A DNA stretch of 32,000 nt from Microbulbifer thermotolerans (GTDB taxonomy: Bacteria; Pseudomonadota; Gammaproteobacteria; Pseudomonadales; Cellvibrionaceae). Shown here piece after piece: positions 28,840 through 32,000 of this stretch. The stretch is from positions 497,228 to 529,227 of the forward strand of contig NZ_FOKT01000002.1 in the NCBI RefSeq assembly GCF_900112305.1, written 5' to 3'. Each line of letters starts with the position of its first letter. The stretch's first letter is position 1. Below the pieces are notes generated by a model. The model made no database searches. It was not told the origin of the DNA and saw only the letters and a list, made by a program, of their open reading frames with translations. The position numbers were made by a program, and so were the translations under genes.

Positions 28840-28934
28840 TCCTCCCGGGCTTTTATCCCGCCGTGTAACCTTTCACTGAAAGGTCGAGTGCTCTCGGACC
28901 AGTCACCGTTATAAAACAGCCGGAACCCTAGCGC
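28840..28934 (-). promoter_or_regulatory. guanidine-I riboswitch (ykkC-yxkD motif, subtype 1) aptamer
   Basis: Minus-strand RNA reads GCGCUAGGGUUCCGGCUGUUUUAUAACGGUGACUGGUCCGAGAGCACUCGACCUUUCAGUGAAAGGUUACACGGCGGGAUAAAAGCCCGGGAGGAC. All three hallmark blocks are present in the right order: CUAGGGUUCCG, GGUCCGAGAG and ACACGGCGGGAUAAAAGCCCGGGAG. The aptamer lies about 65 nt upstream of the first gene's ATG. Confidence 0.9.
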
Positions 28935-28989
28935 TCCATTTTGCGAATTGTCTGTCACGTAGTGTCAGGAGTACGGACACAAATAAACA

Positions 28990-29005
28990 ATCAAAATACG
29001 TGCCA
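28990..29005 (-). promoter_or_regulatory. sigma-54-like promoter candidate for the guanidine operon (imperfect -12)
   Basis: The minus strand reads TGGCAC-GTATT-TTGAT. The -24 box is perfect and the spacing is correct, but the -12 element is GA instead of GC. It lies about 55 nt upstream of the riboswitch. I found no convincing sigma-70 -35/-10 pair nearby. Confidence 0.3.
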
Positions 29006-29118
29006 AACATAAAAGTCTGTCTTTGCGCTTCATTTCCATATAAAAGTCCAAACAGAACAATATCCAGCCTTTTTGCGCACCACTTTGAATCAATCTAAAC
29101 CTCTGAACGCCCACTTTT

Positions 29119-29136
29119 GGCGCAACACAATGCGCC
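29119..29136. promoter_or_regulatory. perfect 6-6-6 inverted repeat GGCGCA-ACACAA-TGCGCC (candidate activator/enhancer site)
   Basis: Read directly from the sequence. It lies about 115 bp upstream of the minus-strand sigma-54-like box and about 270 bp upstream of the plus-strand one. Confidence 0.3.
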
Positions 29137-29172
29137 GACATCGCATTACTCCAAAGCACATACATTTTTACC

Positions 29173-29196
29173 CATGGAATAAACCAATATTCCATG
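29173..29196. promoter_or_regulatory. perfect 9-6-9 inverted repeat CATGGAATA-AACCAA-TATTCCATG (candidate operator)
   Basis: Read directly from the sequence. It is the longest perfect palindrome in the divergent control region. Confidence 0.3.
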
Positions 29197-29401
29197 CATG
29201 TAGCCAAGACCCAACCTTTGTTGGTGCTTTCTTCGCTTCACCAGCCTCTATCACAATAAAATTGTTCCACAAAGATGCACCAAATCCCTCTGAAAATACT
29301 CTTAAAACCCTCTCTTTCAGAAGAGCTATCCCATCACTTGCGCTTCCTATACCCGCCAGCATATTCCTGCACACCGGGAAACATACTCTCCAGTGGCCGA
29401 G

Positions 29402-29417
29402 TGGCATAATTAGTGCA
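29402..29417 (+). promoter_or_regulatory. sigma-54 (RpoN) type promoter candidate for the oxygenase unit
   Basis: The sequence is TGGCAT-AATTA-GTGCA, with GG (29403-04) and GC (29415-16) at the canonical GG-N10-GC spacing. It matches 14 of the 16 positions of TGGCAC-N5-TTGCA counting the five N positions, or 9 of the 11 specified bases. It lies about 120 nt upstream of the ATG, which leaves room for the riboswitch leader. Confidence 0.55.
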
Positions 29418-29427
29418 TAAAAATTGA

Positions 29428-29443
29428 GTTACATAGTTACATA
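29428..29443 (+). repeat. tandem direct repeat GTTACATA x2 at the predicted transcription start
   Basis: Two perfect adjacent 8-mers lie 11 nt downstream of the -12 GC. Confidence 0.5.
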
Positions 29444-29458
29444 AAGTATTCCCCCCAA

Positions 29459-29506
29459 CCGGGACGACCCGGCCGGCATCCGCCGGAACCGCTCTGGACG
29501 GCCAGA
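29459..29506 (+). promoter_or_regulatory. guanidine-II (mini-ykkC) riboswitch candidate in the oxygenase leader
   Basis: CCGGG-ACGA-CCCGG (29459-29472), then a 20-nt linker, then TCTGG-ACGG-CCAGA (29493-29506). Both ACGR loops are closed by GG/CC. They are followed by CCUUU..AAAGG pairing potential over the AAGGAG ribosome-binding site (29524-29529) and the ATG at 29538. Confidence 0.75.
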
Positions 29507-29537
29507 AACCTTTTTATTGCACAAAGGAGACTGGAGC

Positions 29538-30563
29538 ATGAGCAAACCCACCCGCACCTTTGACCACATCCCTGTTGTCGATATCAGCGGCCTTTATTCC
29601 GATAAATTGGCAGATCGGCAGCAAGTGGCCAAACAAATCGCTGATGCAGCCACCAACGTGGGCTTCCTGTACATTACGGGCCACAGAATTCCACAGTCGT
29701 TGATCGATGCCCTGCTAATCCGCACCAAGGAATTCTTCGCCCGCCCTCACCGGGAAAAAATGCGCTACTACATCGGCAATTCATCCAACCATAGCGGTTA
29801 TGTCCCCGAAGGCGAAGAGCAGTTTTACGGTGGGAAAATCGATCACAAAGAAGCCTATGACATCAATAATGATCTTGGCCATCTGAGCCAGCAAGGGCCA
29901 ATGATAGGCCCGACCCAATGGCCGGATATGGCTGGTTTTAAAGAGGATGTCAGCGCTTATTACCAGGCTGCGTTAAATTTAGGTCAGTTACTCTTCCGGG
30001 GCTTTGCGCTTGCACTCGACCTGCCGGAAGATACCTTTGACGATAAAGTCAAAAACCCTCCCAGCCAGCTTCGACTGATCCATTACCCTTACAACCCCGA
30101 TGCTCAGGACCGGGAGGGCATCGGTGCTCATACAGATTACGAGTGCTTTACCCTGCTATTACCAACTACCGATGGCTTGGAAGTTCTAAACGATAACGGA
30201 GAATGGATTGATGCGCCCGTAATTCCTGGGAGCTTTGTTGTCAATATCGGCGATATGATGGAAATACTCAGTAATGGCCGTTTTATCGCCACCTCACATA
30301 GAGTCCGCAAAGTAAAAGAAGAGCGCTATTCTTTCCCATTGTTTTGCAGTTGTGACTACGACACGATCATTGAACCTCTCGTCGATCCTGCTCCCGGAAT
30401 TAAGCCTGGGACCTATCAACCCATGTGCTGTGGAGATCATTTACTCGCTCAAACCATGCATACGTTTCACTACTTGAAGGAGCGGGTAGCAAAAGGCGAG
30501 TTGCAATTCCCAGATTCCTCGGCCGATGCATCATCCTTCGGCAAACTGCGGGAGGTTTTATAA
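29538..30563 (+). CDS. 2-oxoglutarate/Fe(II)-dependent oxygenase (isopenicillin-N-synthase / ethylene-forming-enzyme-like family)
   Basis: Start set at the ATG at 29538 (AAGGAG upstream). The N-terminal DIOX_N-like region reads IPVVDISGL...GFLYITGHRI. The facial triad is GIGAHTDYE (H-x-D) plus SHRV, and the 2OG-binding Arg-x-Ser is RYSF. The SGYVPEGEE block resembles EFE's SGYVASGEE. Confidence 0.85.
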   Translation: MSKPTRTFDHIPVVDISGLYSDKLADRQQVAKQIADAATNVGFLYITGHRIPQSLIDALLIRTKEFFARPHREKMRYYIGNSSNHSGYVPEGEEQFYGGKIDHKEAYDINNDLGHLSQQGPMIGPTQWPDMAGFKEDVSAYYQAALNLGQLLFRGFALALDLPEDTFDDKVKNPPSQLRLIHYPYNPDAQDREGIGAHTDYECFTLLLPTTDGLEVLNDNGEWIDAPVIPGSFVVNIGDMMEILSNGRFIATSHRVRKVKEERYSFPLFCSCDYDTIIEPLVDPAPGIKPGTYQPMCCGDHLLAQTMHTFHYLKERVAKGELQFPDSSADASSFGKLREVL

Positions 30564-30565
30564 TC

Positions 30566-31492
30566 ATGCACCTTGCCGAGCTCACTTCTGTAATCAATTC
30601 ACCCACTGCTAACACTGTGCCGCGCTGGATGCGCGGCTGCTTTCAGCGGCGCAGTATCAGTTTTGCCAACGGCCAGACGGATACAGATACCCGCGTATTT
30701 TGGCTGCAGTCTAACCTTCTGACCATTGACCTGCGTTTACCGGTCACCGCACAGCAGGAAAAAGAAGGCGACGATATTCAAAAAAAAGCAGATTACGAAG
30801 GTTGGTATGCGCATGCCGACTGGGATGGAAAACAACTTCAGTGGCGTGGTGGTGCCACTTATCAGTTGCACAATCGCTGGCCGGAACCGGCGATTTTACA
30901 GCGCATCGGCAATTGCATGATGGAATTTGCCCCGAGTGGTATTTATGTCGAGGATTGGCGGTTACTTTCAGATCAACCTGGGCCACTCATTGGACTGGAG
31001 CTGATCAGTGAGACAGACCTCAGCAGCGGCACAACGTCTCCGCGCAAGGGGGCACTGATTATCTGCGGCCGGCATGCCGGACTGGTAATCGACCGCCCCC
31101 ACCCGATCAGCGATAGTGGAGGCCTGTTAAAGCAACGATTGACGAATCTACAGATTGATGAAAGCGAACGGAGCAATCTGTTGGACTTTGAAACTTCAGT
31201 GGCTTTGGGATCGCTGTCTGAAGGGTTCACCGTACAGCACAGCCTGCATAAATACCGCTTGCAACAACCCCTGCTTTCTCTGACCGGGTTTGAGCTCGAT
31301 GCAAAATCGGGTTACCTGCGCCAGCGCACAGAAGACAACGGCAAAGCAGTAGAGCGGCTCTTTCGTATTGATTGTTGCGAAATGGAATTTCCCTTTACCC
31401 CGTGTACACCGTCGTCAGAGGATAGCCTCGAGTGGTTCCAGCGGGAGGCACCGACTCTGACGCGCTATACCCGTGTGCTTTATCAGAATTGA
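30566..31492 (+). CDS. hypothetical protein, no recognisable family (308 aa), translationally coupled to the oxygenase
   Basis: Start set at the ATG at 30566, 2 nt after the oxygenase TAA, with GGGAGG 10 nt upstream. It has no signal peptide or transmembrane segment and no motif I can place. The 47-codon upstream extension in the ORF track overlaps the oxygenase and was rejected. Confidence 0.6.
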   Translation: MHLAELTSVINSPTANTVPRWMRGCFQRRSISFANGQTDTDTRVFWLQSNLLTIDLRLPVTAQQEKEGDDIQKKADYEGWYAHADWDGKQLQWRGGATYQLHNRWPEPAILQRIGNCMMEFAPSGIYVEDWRLLSDQPGPLIGLELISETDLSSGTTSPRKGALIICGRHAGLVIDRPHPISDSGGLLKQRLTNLQIDESERSNLLDFETSVALGSLSEGFTVQHSLHKYRLQQPLLSLTGFELDAKSGYLRQRTEDNGKAVERLFRIDCCEMEFPFTPCTPSSEDSLEWFQREAPTLTRYTRVLYQN

Positions 31493-31511
31493 AAAGCCGG
31501 CCTGAATTCAA

Positions 31512-31672
31512 GCAACGACTGATAAGCTCGCGGGAAAGGCGTATTCGCTTCTAGAGGGCTTTGTGAATTTGGAAAACTGATTTCTGTTGCGCTGCCGGAC
31601 ACATCCCTGTATCCAGCGGCTTCAAAAAATCGCTCTCTCAGCGCATCTGAAGCAAATAAATCAGAAGTGTTG
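31512..31672. repeat. MITE-like element, copy 5 (decayed, inverted orientation)
   Basis: It matches the family in several blocks: GCAACGACTGATAAGCTCGCG for the TIR, TTTGGAAAACTG, the central CCGGACACATCCCTGTATCCAGCGG, and AAATAAATCAGAAGTGTTG for the other TIR. It fills the convergent spacer before oadB. Confidence 0.4.
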
Positions 31673-31683
31673 TCGAAGATACA

Positions 31684-32000
31684 TCAGCCTGTCATCGCCC
31701 GCACCATGGTGATCATCACACCGGCGGCCACCGCTGAGCCGATCACACCGGCCACATTGGGCCCCATAGCGTGCATCAACAGGAAGTTATGCGGGTTGGC
31801 TTCCAGGCCCAGCTTGTTGGATACCCGCGCAGCCATGGGGACTGCGGAAACACCGGCAGAGCCGATCAGCGGGTTGACCTTGTGCTTACTCACTAGGTTT
31901 AACAGTTTCGCCATCAATACACCTGCGGCGGTACCGATCGCGAAGGCGATAATTCCCAGTGCGAGAATGCCGAGGGTTTTGGGGTCCAGAAATTTATCCG
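31684..32000 (-). CDS. oadB: sodium-translocating oxaloacetate/methylmalonyl-CoA decarboxylase beta subunit, C-terminal part (gene runs off the right edge)
   Basis: My own extension of the ORF to the window edge gives ...[65 protein letters not shown]....[25 protein letters not shown]. It is collinear with the OadB C-terminus. Confidence 0.85.
   Translation of the reverse strand, partial: DKFLDPKTLGILALGIIAFAIGTAAGVLMAKLLNLVSKHKVNPLIGSAGVSAVPMAARVSNKLGLEANPHNFLLMHAMGPNVAGVIGSAVAAGVMITMVRAMTG

Noticed and set aside
28965-29420. ORFs of 80, 115 and 79 aa in the divergent control region.
   Set aside because: The DNA is AT-rich. The ORFs mutually overlap on both strands, lack ribosome-binding sites and have odd composition (His/Phe/Pro/Cys-rich). 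The region is better explained by promoter, palindrome and riboswitch elements.
29493-29517. Second guanidine-II hairpin followed by AACCUUUUUAUU, read as an intrinsic terminator.
   Set aside because: The stem is only 5 bp and a 4-nt spacer precedes the U-run, which is weak for a terminator. SD occlusion by CCUUU/AAAGG seems at least as likely. The question is left open rather than called.

Overview
The window looks like a chromosomal segment of a moderately GC-rich gammaproteobacterium, judged from gene content (yheU, trmL, fldB, mnmC, recQ, ligB, bolA, djlA, oadB). I support about 27 CDSs and found no rRNA, tRNA, CRISPR array or transposase gene.

Layout:
- 1-15 kb: housekeeping genes. These are a hydrolase, yheU, a methyltransferase, a YkoF-like gene, gcvR-like, trmL, fldB, mnmC, DUF502, glutaminyl cyclase, a lipoprotein, recQ, a beta-alanine/malonate-semialdehyde catabolic pair, and ligB.
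- 15.3-17.3 kb: two tandem OmpW-family porin paralogs.
- 17.8-19.0 kb: bolA and djlA.
- 19.1-28.8 kb: a long minus-strand operon of the kind usually annotated as urea carboxylase, allophanate hydrolase and ABC transporter.
- 29.5-31.5 kb: a divergent two-gene unit (2OG-Fe(II) oxygenase plus an unrecognisable 308-aa protein).
- 31.7-32.0 kb: the 3' end of oadB.

Main hunting result: the 19.1-31.5 kb region appears to be a guanidine-responsive locus carrying three riboswitch-like elements, all read directly from the sequence.
1. A near-textbook guanidine-I (ykkC) aptamer lies in the operon leader at 28840-28934 (-).
2. A guanidine-II (mini-ykkC) pair of GGACGRCC hairpins lies inside the operon at 24570-24614 (-), immediately before the carboxylase start codon.
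3. A second guanidine-II pair lies at 29459-29506 (+), in the leader of the divergent oxygenase/unknown-protein unit. It sits downstream of a well-spaced sigma-54 type promoter.

The riboswitch-controlled oxygenase plus orphan protein is the best candidate here for an undescribed guanidine-linked function.

Second result: a roughly 213-bp palindromic MITE-like element occurs five times. Two copies are intact with TTAG flanks, one is near-intact, and two are decayed. All sit in intergenic DNA, and at least four have an end within about 12 nt of a gene's stop codon.

All calls rest on reading the sequence and recalled family knowledge. No searches were run.
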